This document shows, piece by piece, positions 51,289-64,000 of a DNA stretch of 64,000 nucleotides. The stretch is from positions 6,820,001-6,884,000 of the forward strand of contig CM120647.1 of assembly GCA_051362555.1 (NCBI GenBank). Reading direction: 5' to 3'. The first letter of the stretch is position 1; each line of letters starts with the position of its first letter. The translations under genes and the position numbers were made by a program. The notes below the pieces were generated by a model. That model searched no databases and was not told the origin of the DNA. It worked only from the letters and a program-made list of their open reading frames with translations. This DNA is from Lingula anatina. Taxonomy: Eukaryota; Animalia; Brachiopoda.

Positions 51289-52993
51289 TTATATATTTTT
51301 CCTCACAAACACTATATCTTGTCCTCCTAGAATTGTCCCGTCTTTATACAACCCTGTCTCTTCAAATATCTTCCTGATCGCCTTTTCCCGTCTTGGTGTA
51401 TCAGGACTTCCCCCGTGCACCGCGTACTCTATCGTCCAAACGTCCACGGTGACCTGGTTCCATGGAAACGATCTGAGGATTTCTATTTCCGCTCCCTCCA
51501 CGTCGAGAGAAAAATAGTCCACGTGATTCCGGCCAACGGCGGCAAGGAGGGAAAGAATGGGGAAGCAATGGACGCAGCTCATCCCCTGGAAGTCATGCTG
51601 CTCTGCTGCCAACAGCTTGTAACTTTTCCCTGAGATTCCTCCAAGTTCTTTTGCGAAGGTGAAGGGGACCACTGCCGGAAAGCGGCTAGTCGCTAGGCAC
51701 GAGTTTACAGCATACGCCTTCCTAAAACAAAGGAAATTGATGGCATAACGATAATATCATCACACAAGTAAAACTGGCAAATACGAAGGAAGTACAGAAA
51801 AGGGACTGATGAATGGATAAAGAAGTGGACGAAAGCATAAATGGATGATTCGAACAAGGGGCCGTAAAAGGAAAGGAGGAATAGGGTGTAAGATAGATAG
51901 GCCCTACTAGTAGATAGATAGATAGCTGGATAGATAGATAGATAAGGGGGGCGTGCAGACAGATATAGAGACTGACTTACTGAAGGATACTCCTTCCTAA
52001 CGAGTTTTCTTTCGACTGCTTTGCCTAAGCTACGAAATTTCGATAGACCTTTATTGTTTAGGACGTAGGCCTACAATGAGTAGGCCTACCAGACAATTAT
52101 ACAACAACAACAGCAACAACAACAATAATAATAATAATAATAATTGTAAAGGATATTTTAACTCCTTCCTTATTATAACCAAGGTTTACAAAGTAGACTG
52201 GGTTCTACGTTCTAGGTTTGTATAGTCTTGGCATCACAACCGTAATAAGGAGAATTTTGCTGGTATGCGTACTTGTGACAGACGAAATAACTTAATTGTT
52301 TAAAGATCACAAATAGGGTATATTTGATAATAAATACAACATTCTGAAATTTAGGGTTTTTATTTTCTTTTGCTTAATTAAAGGTCTATCACGTGTGCAC
52401 GAGTGTTCTAGGTAGGACCTAGGCCTACTTGCTCTCGGTTTGGCTTAAAACCAGTAGGCCTATTTTGACTTTTTAAGAATATATAAGAATCTGCTGAAAA
52501 AAATTCACCTGTTTTTCTTCAACAGATCTTTAAAGGACCACGGGTTTGGTTCTACGAGCAGGCCCTCCCAGCCTCTTGAAATCTCGAAAAAGAGAGAATT
52601 AGAATTCCCCTCTCCATCAGCAGCCCCTGACTCGACAAAGAATCCATTACGGCGCTGTTTGAGTATCCCGTCCACGAGTTTCGCTTGTCCGATTTGTGAC
52701 CACGATTGCCTATTTGGCCTGGAAAGATTATAAGGTTTTTTTGAGGGCTCGAAAACCCAATCCTCCTTCAACTGTTTTAAAAGGCTGTCCTGCGCTGTAC
52801 CGGTGTCCTCGAGCCGCTGATTCTTAAGAAATGCAGATGACCTACTTCCAAAATGGGTGCATTTTAAAAACGGTGGAATGCTTGCGAGTTTGGATACTGG
52901 TTTCGTTTGAAACTCAATTAGGAGAAAGGCGGCGCAAATGACGATGACAGTAATTGTAAAGTAGACGATAGCTGACCCTGTCCTCGGGACCAT
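51289..52993 (-). CDS. Star-like FkbM family (Methyltransf_21) type II membrane methyltransferase, 305 aa
   Basis: Exons 52993-52509 and 51721-51289 splice in phase. N-terminal TM; motifs SQIGQ, GFFVESGAADGEGNSNSLFFE, WEGLLVEPNP, CFPILSLL and DYFSLDVEGAE. Confidence 0.92.
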
Positions 52994-53124
52994 GCTGCCT
53001 ACACAGCTGCTGAGAGAATCATATGTGGTCTTCGTCTATAATCCTGTTGCCTGAAAGGAACAAAAAGAAAGGAATTAAAACCTTTTGACATAAGTGATTT
53101 TTGCGCTGCCATTCACACATTTAG

Positions 53125-53309
53125 AGCACTTTCAGAACACCGGACTTACAGATCTGCAGATCAAATATGGCGACCCACTAAAAAGCTTGCAGTTTAATTC
53201 CCCATAAGTCACTGAATAAATTCCCCGCGGGGATTACTCAACAAACATTCCAGTGAGGCGGCCATATGTGATCCGAGGATCTGTTAGTCCGCAGTTCCGA
53301 ATGGGCTCT
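53125..53309. mobile_element. Degenerate MITE
   Basis: Imperfect inverted arms GAGCACTTTCAGAAC...GGACTTACAGATC and GATCTGTTAGTCC...GTTCCGAATGGGCTC. Confidence 0.55.
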
Positions 53310-54519
53310 ATAGCCAAACATTGAGATATATCTATACTATTATTCTCTACCAGTGTCCTTGATCCCAAAAATTCTCGCGTGACACAATGTTCAGAAACGT
53401 ACACAGAATAGCTAGATAACTATCTGAGAGTATCTAGAGAAGAAATACCTTTCTGTGGTACATTTGTGACCTCTCTGTGACCTCACAGTGACATCACTGC
53501 GATTTCTCTGGGACGAAATATTTACCGGAGATTGCTCACGTGGAACCTTACCGGTACTTATCTCTTCACCGTTTCGAAATTAATAAAATGTGTTGAATTT
53601 ATAGCATAGTATTGAGACAAAAACATTTAATGATAAATGAAAATCAATCATATCAATGGGGTAGGATTTTTTTTTCATTCACAGGTAACGAAATTGGATG
53701 TTGAACGCATATCTGACAACTATTTATATTTAAGGCAATTATTTAGATTCTTAATTTGACGATTTGCAAAATGGCAGACAAAACTGCCAACCGAATGTTT
53801 CATCAATGACAATAAAAGGCGCTATAGTGTGCAATATGTCTTTTCTATTGTTTTAGGGGTTGTAGAATCCATTTCTAATGTTAGTACAGTACTGCTATCG
53901 CTATGTTTCAAGAGTGAGTTTCCGTTACCATGTTCGCTGGCAGTTTACTTTCAAGGTAGATTGGAGAACCAAATCTCGAAAATAAAGACAATTAGCGATC
54001 TCAATCACAGCGGTAGGATCTCTCAACATCTGATGGATATGAAATGTAAGGAAGAATCAGAATTATCCTAACCTCAAACAAGCAATAGGTGAATATCTTA
54101 CATTATTAAAGAATGATGGATGACATACACTGTATCATTGTATAGCATGTATGAAGCCAAGGTAGGAATCGCTTTCCTAAACTAGTCGCCGAGGAAATAC
54201 CCAATGTCTGCATCAACAAGAATATTTCTCTCTCTTTGAAAGTAGCATCCCCAACAGAATATTGTTGGATTATAAGACATTTAGGGAATTAATGAAGCAG
54301 TACCATTCAGTGAAGTGCAAACTAGATCGTGTTGATTACGAAGAATAAAAAATAATGCAATCAACTTTTAAAAAGAAGTGCCTGGCGAAATGTTTTATGT
54401 TGTTTAGGAAAATTTTGAACAGATTTATGTCACACGCGATAAATTAAACAAGTACTACACAAAAATAATTTATGAAACGATGAGTATCCTCGTTGATTTT
54501 TCATTCACGTTCCTTACTG

Positions 54520-54574
<55 letters not shown>

Positions 54575-55447
54575 CCTAACATCAAAGGTGTATGAAAGTT
54601 ATTTCAGTGACTTGTTACTATAAATAAATAAATAACAAAGAATACCAGCTGGTCGCCTTTCTGACATGTCTGCGCATGATCAATATCACTCGCACTATTT
54701 ACACTGGTGACATCCATTTGCGATATACATTTACAGTTACATTCAACTATGTACATTCGACAGTCAATGATATAGAATAAATGCCATTAAAAATCACATT
54801 AAATCGTTCAAAACCTACAGGCAATGTCACCTTGCTCAAGACAGGTGTGACGATGGGCGTGTTGCGCGGAGACTGAAATATAATCGTGATGTCGATGGTT
54901 TCTGCCACAAAGATCATACAGCGTCTGACAGTTATTATATCCCATGGGAATGTCACAAAGATATATGTAGTGTAGCTCAGTCTATGTATTTCTCACCACA
55001 CAATACAGTTAGTCAGTTCTGCTGGTTATTAATGCGTTACACTCCCAGTTTGTCCATTCTTTTGTTCACTTCGCGTTCAAAATACGTCCTATATCATTTG
55101 CTTGCCGTATGACTAATAACATTACCGACTAGGCAAGTGTTTTGTGTTTTTTTTTTTTTTTATCTCGCCTTAAGTCATCCTTGCTGTAATTTCACGATAC
55201 CACAAAATGGGTCACCATGCGGTTTCTCCTTCTTGTTGGACCTGTGTGCTACCCGTGTACATGCGACCAAGCCGAGACACATTAACCTGGCTACGGCACT
55301 TCAGGCACAGTCAACTATAGCGATTAAGTATATATAAGGAAAATAACGTATAAGAAAAGGCACCAACGTGACGACAAAGAGGTACCTTTATCAAGAAAAA
55401 AAAAACGCTAACTGCAGATCTCACACGTGCCTCGGTTGTCTGTGAAT

Positions 55448-57790
55448 GGGGTATAACAGCGTTGAGGGTCTGCCGCTAGATGGGGTGGGGGTGAAAGCAG
55501 TCCTTCTAAAATCTCGCATAATCTCGTTTGCGGTTTTACACCAGAATTTAACATGGAGCGTGGGCACGCGTCGCTGACTGTGAACCAACTCAAACGCGAA
55601 TTACTTGAATGTGGTGCCATAAAAACATGAAGAAAATGTGAATTGATAGAAAGGTATGTGTTTTCTTTTCATTTAGTGCTTGAAACATCTTTGAATCTTT
55701 AAAAAAAAATCAAAGATTAGTCGAGGTGTGTGAACATCAAATCTGTCATGTTACAATGTATGTAGACTATGTACGAGTACGCTCATATTTTTTTAGTAGA
55801 ACGAAAGACGAAGATTTTGTTATACTTATTTATTTTCTTCATAAGGTTCTCCAAAGAAGGCCCATAATATTGGGGGCAATGCAAACTGTCGGTTACTGGA
55901 CCCCAGGCCAGCCAACTTCAGACATCGAGCAGGATACAATGATTACTTCAGGAATCTGACTTCACATCAGTGCCAAAGATAGATGTAGCCACCAGATATG
56001 CCTACCCTAAAGCTGACTTACAGGCGGCAGTGGTGGACCACGACTATTGCCAAGTGCCATGGATAGAATAAAGAATTGATAGAGGGAATGATGTAAGTGA
56101 AAGCAGAGGACTAATATTAAGAATCAGGCAATTATCAAACTAGATGATGCGTGACATCATAGAATAATAATATTGAATCGAAACTAGTTAATGAAAATTA
56201 AGTAGCCGTGGCATGGCGGAGGACTGCACCTTCTGGGCGCTTTTCTAGTTTATTATGAATGATTGACGCACAACCCCTATACATGCATCTGCGTGTGAAA
56301 GGAGATCGTTAGAAACATCGCTCATTTCCAATTTGAAAGATCTGGGTCACTGAATCGATGGGACTCGTTGTTTTCCTTTGTAATATACTATCTTCCATGC
56401 TTTAATGGGACATGAATATTTCAGGTTGGGGAACAAACAGCAAGGACACTGAGCGTAGCACGTTACAACAAGGAAAGAGCGCAATCTGGCACAATGAGAG
56501 ACAATGGCAGTTCATTGCTTCCAAATTTGGAGATATAATGGCAGCTACAGAGAAGAACAAACTGCATGAGTCACTGTTGTGTCCAAAACCATTGCAGACA
56601 CATGACAGTTGGTCCCAGACCTGATTTCTCCTTTTTGGAATGTGTATCTGGTGCTCTGCGCCTAAAGAAAACACACAAATACTATACTCAGTTACAAGAC
56701 CAGATGTTCATTACAAATCCTCACTCTGCTATTTTGTTGTGTTTACACGCAAAGATCTGTTCGTGGAGTTGATCCATTCTGACACTGGATATTTGACATG
56801 CATTTTTCCCAGGCGCACCTTATTTTATGAAAAACACTATAGGAAGTATGTGGCAGCTAGTTTGTAGAAAGTATGAGATAGCTTAGCTGCAATCACAATT
56901 TTGAAGTGTCATTGTGAAAAACATGTTTTAGCTAAAATGAAATAATTTGGTGGTGCAAACTTTAAAGCGTTTTTAGTGCAATGAAATAATTTGATGACGC
57001 TAGATTATTTACAATACAGAACAAATATGGTTAAGCTGTTTTTTTTCAAATTTTTTACCGTTATTAAGTAATTTGGTGGTGTTATATGTTCTTTACAAAA
57101 AGTGTGGTTATGCTGTTTTTAATAATATTTAACTGTAATGAAAAAAAATTCTATGATGCTATTTTGTTAAGTATTTTTGGTGGGATGAAATGATTTGGTA
57201 GTTTTATTTCCAGCAAATAATTTGGTTTTGCTGCTTTTTTAATGAATTTTCAAAGTGATGAAGTATTTTGGTGGTTCTATTCAAGTAAAATAATTGAGAA
57301 GTGCTATTTTGTAAAAAGAACAAAAAACTGTTAATTTGTAAAATGTTTGCTCACTTTAAATTTTATTTCTTAAACTGTTGGACATAAGAAAACGCACTTT
57401 GACAATCATACGTCCTAAGGGCACTTTCTCGCTATGGAGCTTTCTGTTCAAAATTTTATAAGTTTTGCCAAGATCAATAAACCTTTCTACGTGTATTCTT
57501 TTTGAGGCAACTCGCCTATCTCTAATTACTGTGCCTGGGTCAAGTTGTGACTGGCCCTTTAACATGGAAGGTGTGTTGACATGGACAACCCTCAACTTCA
57601 AACGAAGCCCTGAATCCCCAGAAAAATTATGTCCACCTTGCCGACTTTGACATTCAGGTACACAACAATACTGAGGCATGTTTATTATGAGCAGTGCCAC
57701 AGTCACAGGTGTGTTATTTCCAAAATGGCGACTGAGGAAGGACTGAATTCACACTAGCGACACCTGGCGCCAAGCGGGCTGTTATACCCC
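55448..57790. mobile_element. Decayed ISL2EU (PIF/Harbinger superfamily) transposon
   Basis: 13-bp TIRs GGGGTATAACAGC. The minus strand has a THAP start (MPQYCCVPEC) fused to a DDE_Tnp_4 end (RVASKRIHVERFI...YKIL). The convergent plus strand has YqaJ exonuclease pieces (WHNERQWQFIASKFG, HKYYTQLQDQMFIT, CYFVVFTRKDLFVE). Confidence 0.8.
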
Positions 57791-58543
57791 AAGGAGGCGA
57801 GATCGTCCCAATATGTTCAATGTAATGACCATACATCTAACTGTTCTTATATAGTGTACTGTCCTGCGCTGCCACTGTATTTAAACATATTTTACAGAAT
57901 TGTACAGTCCAACTGCCTTTGGTTGCAAATGAACGTTATCACTATAACCTGTTTCTTTTAGCTCTGCAGGGGCGTATCCAGAGATATTTACTGACAGTCT
58001 TCCAAATCATCTTTGTTGATTCATCCTCCAATTTTGACGTCTTCCAGCAGAAAAAAAATAGATTTCCGTCAATGTAAACTTGAAAATCTGACCGTCTTCC
58101 GGAAGGCCCAGAAGACGGCCTAAATCCGCCCCTGCTCTGATAGGGCAATATCGGACTACCTGCGCCATATATAACCACCGCAGCAGTGCGGTATATATAT
58201 CAATGCAAAACAAAAGTTGTATATATGATATATTTATATCAGTACTTACGTCTGATATTGTGCTCTATCTCCTCTGTAGGCTTATGCGACTTTGCGGACA
58301 GTACATGTACAGCCTTCAACATACACAGGAGCTTTGCATAGAAGTATATTACAAAGGAAAACAACGAGTCCCATCGATTCAGTGACCCAGATCTTTCAAA
58401 TTGGAAATGAGCGATGTTTCTAACGATCTCCTTTCACACGCAGATGCATGTATAGGGGTTGTGCGTCAATCATTCATAATAAACTAGAAAAGCGCCCAGA
58501 AGGTGCAGTCCTCCGCCACGCCACGGCTACTTAATTTTCATTA
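56189..58543. repeat. 201-bp inverted duplication (56189-56389 / 58343-58543)
   Basis: The arms match on reading except for one substitution. Confidence 0.92.
57967..58134. mobile_element. 168-bp MITE with 5-bp target duplication, copy 1
   Basis: CAGGGGCG...CGCCCCTG termini; CTCTG on both flanks. Confidence 0.85.
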
Positions 58544-58579
58544 TTTTATGAATTATACAATTATTAATGGAATCATAGA

Positions 58580-59255
58580 CTGGGTTCCCATACCTAGATC
58601 GATCTAATAGGATGGTAAATTGCTTTCAGCTTTAGCGGCTTACATGTCTGGCACGCCTACTGAAGCTGCTTTAAACGATAGTTAATTACCCGGCCCCAAG
58701 CAGCTTCATTGGGCGTGACAGACATCTAAGCCGCTTAAGATGATTGCAATTTAGCGAGAATCACCTAGGAGATAGATCGATCCACAGTTAGTGCGACAGG
58801 GTCTGGGAACGGTCCCATTGATAGACCTTTAGGGTCATTTAAGCTATCCGACTGATGCATAAGTGGCACACGATAATAAAACACTGGCACTGGTCAAGCT
58901 GTTATTGATTGTGCTAGCTGTCTGGTTGCAGTAGGCGGAAGTAGTATAAATGGACAGATTTGAATGACGCACGTTGCAGCAGTCTGGGCTGAGTATTAAA
59001 TATTCATGAGAAGTCAGAGGGGCGGAGCTAATGGCGCATGCGTGACAGGACGGATAAGGAACGTTGCCATTTGGTACGGTTTAGAACTTTGAATCAGCTA
59101 GTCAAAATTATAATTTCAAGCGGGGACCATTGGTGTGGTTTTTTTCATACATCGAAATCAGACATCCCCCAAGAGAAAATATATCTAAATAATTTCGACC
59201 TACATCCTCGCGTGCTGAGAGCTTGTGCAAAGTCAGTGTCAGTGTACCGGAAGTT

Positions 59256-59291
<36 letters not shown>

Positions 59292-59961
59292 TTTACTAAC
59301 AACCAAGAAAGTTGGATTTTACTAGTGCAAGAAGTTTTAAATATTAATACCATAATTAAATGTATCTAATAAAATCTATCTATCTAAATCCGCCACTGCT
59401 ATATTATATAACGCCCGAACTGTCAGTGCCCTAAAATACAAGATCGACAGTTGCAAATTCGTTGTCATCCATCATTGTTGTCGTCCTATGTTTTCTTTTA
59501 ATTGAATAGTAAAAAAATTTAAATGTCAATGGTGCCATCGGGCACATTGTTTATCACACCAGAAATCAAAGGATTTTAGATCCCGTAATCTTTGCTAATG
59601 AATTTATTGAATATTTCTATTGATTGGTTCAAACGCTTTAACGAGGCAATGGTGAACCTATATTAACACGTAACATCTACATTGTAACTTACAAGGTGAA
59701 TATTTTAATGTTAAAACATTACGGTGAATTAAAGATAATGAAATATTCATTTTAATATTAGATCTTAAAGGGATAACAATTAAATGTTCATATTGATATC
59801 CATATTTGACAATAAATACATTGTAAACAACTCATAGAAATATAATAAATTCTATTTTACCACCAAAACGGCAGATAACACAATTATTCTGGAATTTGTT
59901 CTTGCATCACATCACATCACGTGACCTCCATAGCTGGCTACTGTAATAATCTCTTAAGAGA

Positions 59962-60011
<50 letters not shown>

Positions 60012-60744
60012 AGGGACTTATTTTGAATATTAGAATCGATTCATTAACCAATTGTAAGTGTGGGAAAATTGTCCTTTACCCCAGGAAAATCCATTTTCTG
60101 ACCAAAATGAACAGGGCTCCGTATCTCGAAAGGTTCGCTATGTTGCGCACGTGCGGTAGTGTCTCGATTCCTTAACCGATTCTATTTCGAGATACGGGGC
60201 CATGGAATCGAGACACTTGCGCACGTGAACAAGGAGGTTATGTTTTCACCCCTGTCTGTCTGTCTGCCTGTCTGTCTGTCATCAACATAACTCAAAAAGT
60301 TATAGACCGATTTTGATCAAATTTTCAGGAACTGTCAGAAGGGGGTCAAGGAAGAGATGATTAGTTTTTGGTGGTGATCCAGATCAATAATCAATCAATA
60401 ATCAATAATCAAAAATATCGAAAATTTAGGGGTGAAACGGCATTGGATGGAGACCTTGCTTCCTTGGCGGAGATCTGCGCTCTCTGAATGCTTTTCTAGT
60501 ATTAAAACAACGCTTCCATCTTATCACAAGGCATTCTTCAGCTGAATTGAAATGGACTTATGACTTTTAATACATTTCAAATTGCCTTAATGTACCAACT
60601 ATCATCTTTATCTTTTAAACAATTTTAAAAAATGTCATTAATTAAATTACATTAAATTTTATTTGATGCATTTAACTATGGTATTAATATGTAAAACTTA
60701 TTGTACTAGTAAAATCCATGCAACTTTATGTGATGCTAGTAAAA

Positions 60745-60782
<38 letters not shown>

Positions 60783-61310
60783 ATCTTTCGGTACACTGAC
60801 ATGGTCTTTGTGCATGCTATCAGCACGCGAAGATGTAGGTCAAAATTATTTATTTTCTTTTGGATGTTTTTTTCTTTCTTCTTTCTTTTTTATTTTTATA
60901 TCGAGTGTGAAAATGACTGACAGGTACCGGATATTTGTGCAACGGCGGATCTTGGAAAGACACACTTTAGGAGCACCGTTTTCCGCCTTCCATACCTGAA
61001 ACCAGTGCTGCTTACTGTAAAAAATTCTAATTCAAATATCCACAGAAATAAGATTATGGGACCATTCCCAACCTTATCGTACTAATTACGGATCGATCTA
61101 TCTCGCAGGGGTTCTCGCTAAATTGCAAACAACTTAAGCGGCTTAGATGTCTGTAACGCCTACTCAAGTTGCTAGAGGGTAATTAATTATCGTTTAGCAG
61201 CTTCAGTAGGCGTACCAGACATCTAAGCTGCTTTAGTTGAAAGCAATTTAGCGAGAACCCCATTGGAAATGGATCGATCCTGATAGATAACTAAGTTTAA
61301 GATCAGGGAC
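58580..61310. repeat. Old diverged inverted duplication with symmetric foldback MITEs
   Basis: 59143-59375 mirrors 60655-60912, including the (AAT)n/(ATT)n tract. The MITE at 58580-58817 mirrors the MITE at 61058-61310. Confidence 0.7.
60115..60201. mobile_element. Tiny Harbinger-like MITE
   Basis: GGCTCCGTATCTCGAAA...TTTCGAGATACGGGGCC inverted ends. Confidence 0.6.
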
Positions 61311-61434
61311 ACTGTCTTTACCAGAGGTATACGATAGTGCGTACGTTTTATAAGGTGATACGTTACCTCATCCGCCACGTCATTCAGTTACATCATTTAA
61401 AAACTGCACCGTTCGTGCATTTACTACCCGGACA

Positions 61435-61494
<60 letters not shown>

Positions 61495-61581
61495 TTATTT
61501 CTCATATCATTACAATTTAGGTTCTAGTGAAACCTCGTATTTGTAGCAAAATGGATTTCTGAAATCTGCAAGATATGTATT

Positions 61582-61636
<55 letters not shown>

Positions 61637-61811
61637 GCGTAAAGACGATTGACAGAGCTACACCTGCAGAAATAGCAAAAAGAAAAAGAAAACACTGCCT
61701 TGTGTAAACACTTTCAAAAAGCAATGAAAGCTACAATAAAAAGCAGAGCGAAGCGGTGTTGGAGATACTTAATATTTCAAGTATTACTTCATGTCTGTCG
61801 ACAAGAGTAAC

Positions 61812-61880
<69 letters not shown>

Positions 61881-62584
61881 TTGATAAGTAAGGCGTAACA
61901 AGTGGGGGGGGGGGGTGAGGGGCAACTGTACAGGTATACTATGGGACAGTAATTCCAATACAGTATAAAGACAAAACCAAGCAACTTTTCATCCCTGTAT
62001 AAGTACCTTGCATATTAAAAAATCGCCTAAAGGCTTTGTGTTCTGTTATTACATCATATGGGCATACATATGAATCATGGTGGTTATGCATAATAAAACA
62101 AAACGCGCCAATAAAAAAAAACAAGCTACAACCAAGCTATCGTACGGCTGACATAAACCACGTACAGGAAGTCATGGTAAAAGCCTTACAGATAGTGCAT
62201 CTCTGCCCTCTACCAGGGCCACAGATTGCTTTTCACAAGATATTAAGAGATATATGTCTCTGGTTAAATAGATGGCTAATCTGTGTACTGTCGCCTCAGC
62301 AATAATTGTCAACAGAATAGTATCTGCTGCCCTGGTAGATGGTAGTGTATCTTTGGCGTATAGTTTTGTGCTGCAGTAACTTGAAAATAAAAGCTACGCC
62401 TGGATTGTGACTATTTACAGACAGGCCCCAGGTTAAAAAAAAAATAATAATAAAAACTTAAGTCAGTTCTGGTGGTTAACATCTTTGTTACCAACGTTGC
62501 ACATCCGTTTACTTTCTTATATATGTTCATCTTAGGATGCTTGGAGATGGACCGGTTTAGGCATTTCAGATTTCCAGTTGAGCT

Positions 62585-62752
62585 TAGGGGCGGATTTAGG
62601 GCGTCTTCTGAGTCTTCCGGAAGACGGTCAGATTTTCAAGTTTACATTGACGGGTATCTAATTTTTTCTGTCGGAAGACGGTCAAAAATGGTGGATGTAT
62701 CAACAAAGATAAGTTGGAAGACTGTCAGAAAATATCTCTGGATCCGCCCCTG
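62585..62752. mobile_element. 168-bp MITE with 5-bp target duplication, copy 2 (reverse orientation)
   Basis: Homologous to 57967-58134; GAGCT on both flanks. Confidence 0.85.
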
Positions 62753-64000
62753 GAGCTACCTACGTGAGGTGTACATGCTAGCCCTATATCGTGTTAATGA
62801 CACAGTCTCTATGCTGTTTCTTGTGTATAGTCAACTGAAAAAGTTTAAAGGTCCACTGTTCAGTTAAAGACACCTCCCCCTTTGACATCCCTGGCCACAG
62901 AGTTTACATTATTCATGGCGTAGTTTTTATCAGTGATAGATAGGACTTGGGGGGGGGGGGGGGAGAAAGAATTCTGCCTTTAGGTAGCGTAAAGGTATTG
63001 TCAGTAAAGGTGCCAATTAATGATGATACGCATCTTGATTAACTCGCGTGTGTAGCACTCCACAAAATGCGATTCTCAGATTCACATCAGTGACACTGGA
63101 CTTTTTGTGTGCCTTCTATACCAGGGCCGCAGAATAATTGTGTCTCCAACGCGAGAAATGTGCCCTGAATTAACCATGCAGAGACGTATCTGTGAATATC
63201 TCGTGAAAAATTAATCTGGGGCCCTGGTAGAGGATAAATTTTATGCAATATTTGCTTTTAATCGCATTATTCTTAGTTGCCCCGTTATTTGCTCTGCGCT
63301 AGTAGCAAATGCACCCCCCACACACACACACACCGAGATTAAAAAAAAAAAAAGAAATAATTTTTAATATTAATATTGTGTTAATCCTTAAAGATCCCAA
63401 AAATATAGACCGATTTTCCGGTCTAACATTGAAAGACACGGATATAATACGGTAGTTCATATATATATTTAGCCGACCAATTTTGATATTTTTAGGTACC
63501 ATGCAGTTAGCATTTTTTGAGGCACGAGACAGGGAGAGGGTGGGGGGCATTCCACCACGGTCGTCCCATGACGTCAGCTCCCGTTTACCGGTAAGTAATC
63601 CGGTTTAAGACACACCTTGTCAGTCCACAGAGGTCATTTCGGTTTTTAACCGAATAGAGTGTGAACACACCCGGTTGTAGTGTATTCATACACAATCAAT
63701 GCGCTCATTCAGCGCTCACTGTATATGACGTAAACCGAGAGCGAGAGAAGCTGGCCTCACTAGGCTAGACCATACCTTGACCAGTTGACCTCTGGCCAGT
63801 ATTTATCCTGCTCACCAGACCAGTCATAATTTCAATAGGGCGCAAACAGCAAAGCTATTGTGTTTCGGAGAGCGGGCGGTGCGTTTACAGGCAAGTGTAT
63901 TAAAGGCGGCCATGATTTGGCATGGTTGTTGTAGCAAATGGCGTTCATATATATCTTGAAGGTAAATGAGCTACGGGAGATATTTCACAGTCAGAAATAT

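Noticed and set aside
63540-64000. CpG-rich patch with CRE, YY1-like motif and a GTAAGT donor
   Set aside because: It could be a promoter or a transposon end; the window ends before it can be assigned.

Overview
AT-rich, intron-containing eukaryotic DNA, most likely a marine invertebrate (an inference from gene and repeat content). I could splice six host genes by hand with GT-AG junctions and consistent phases: a coiled-coil gene with a duplicated first exon (-), a MICOS MIC26/MIC27 (apolipoprotein O family) gene (+), TMEM60 (-), an 8-exon GT4 glycosyltransferase of bacterial type (+), a secreted H-type lectin (+) and a Star-like FkbM methyltransferase (-). Mobile DNA includes the 3' end of a Penelope-like element with a minimal hammerhead ribozyme, an env-bearing Gypsy LTR element nested in an older Gypsy, a Kolobok-type element, a decayed ISL2EU element (THAP/DDE plus YqaJ), Myb/SANT and DUF4806 transposon-gene remnants, Helentron-type repeats and many MITEs. 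The most interesting candidates are the intron-bearing, bacterial-looking glycosyltransferase (possible horizontal transfer) and its co-location with a lectin and a methyltransferase. All family assignments come from motif recognition; no database searches were run.
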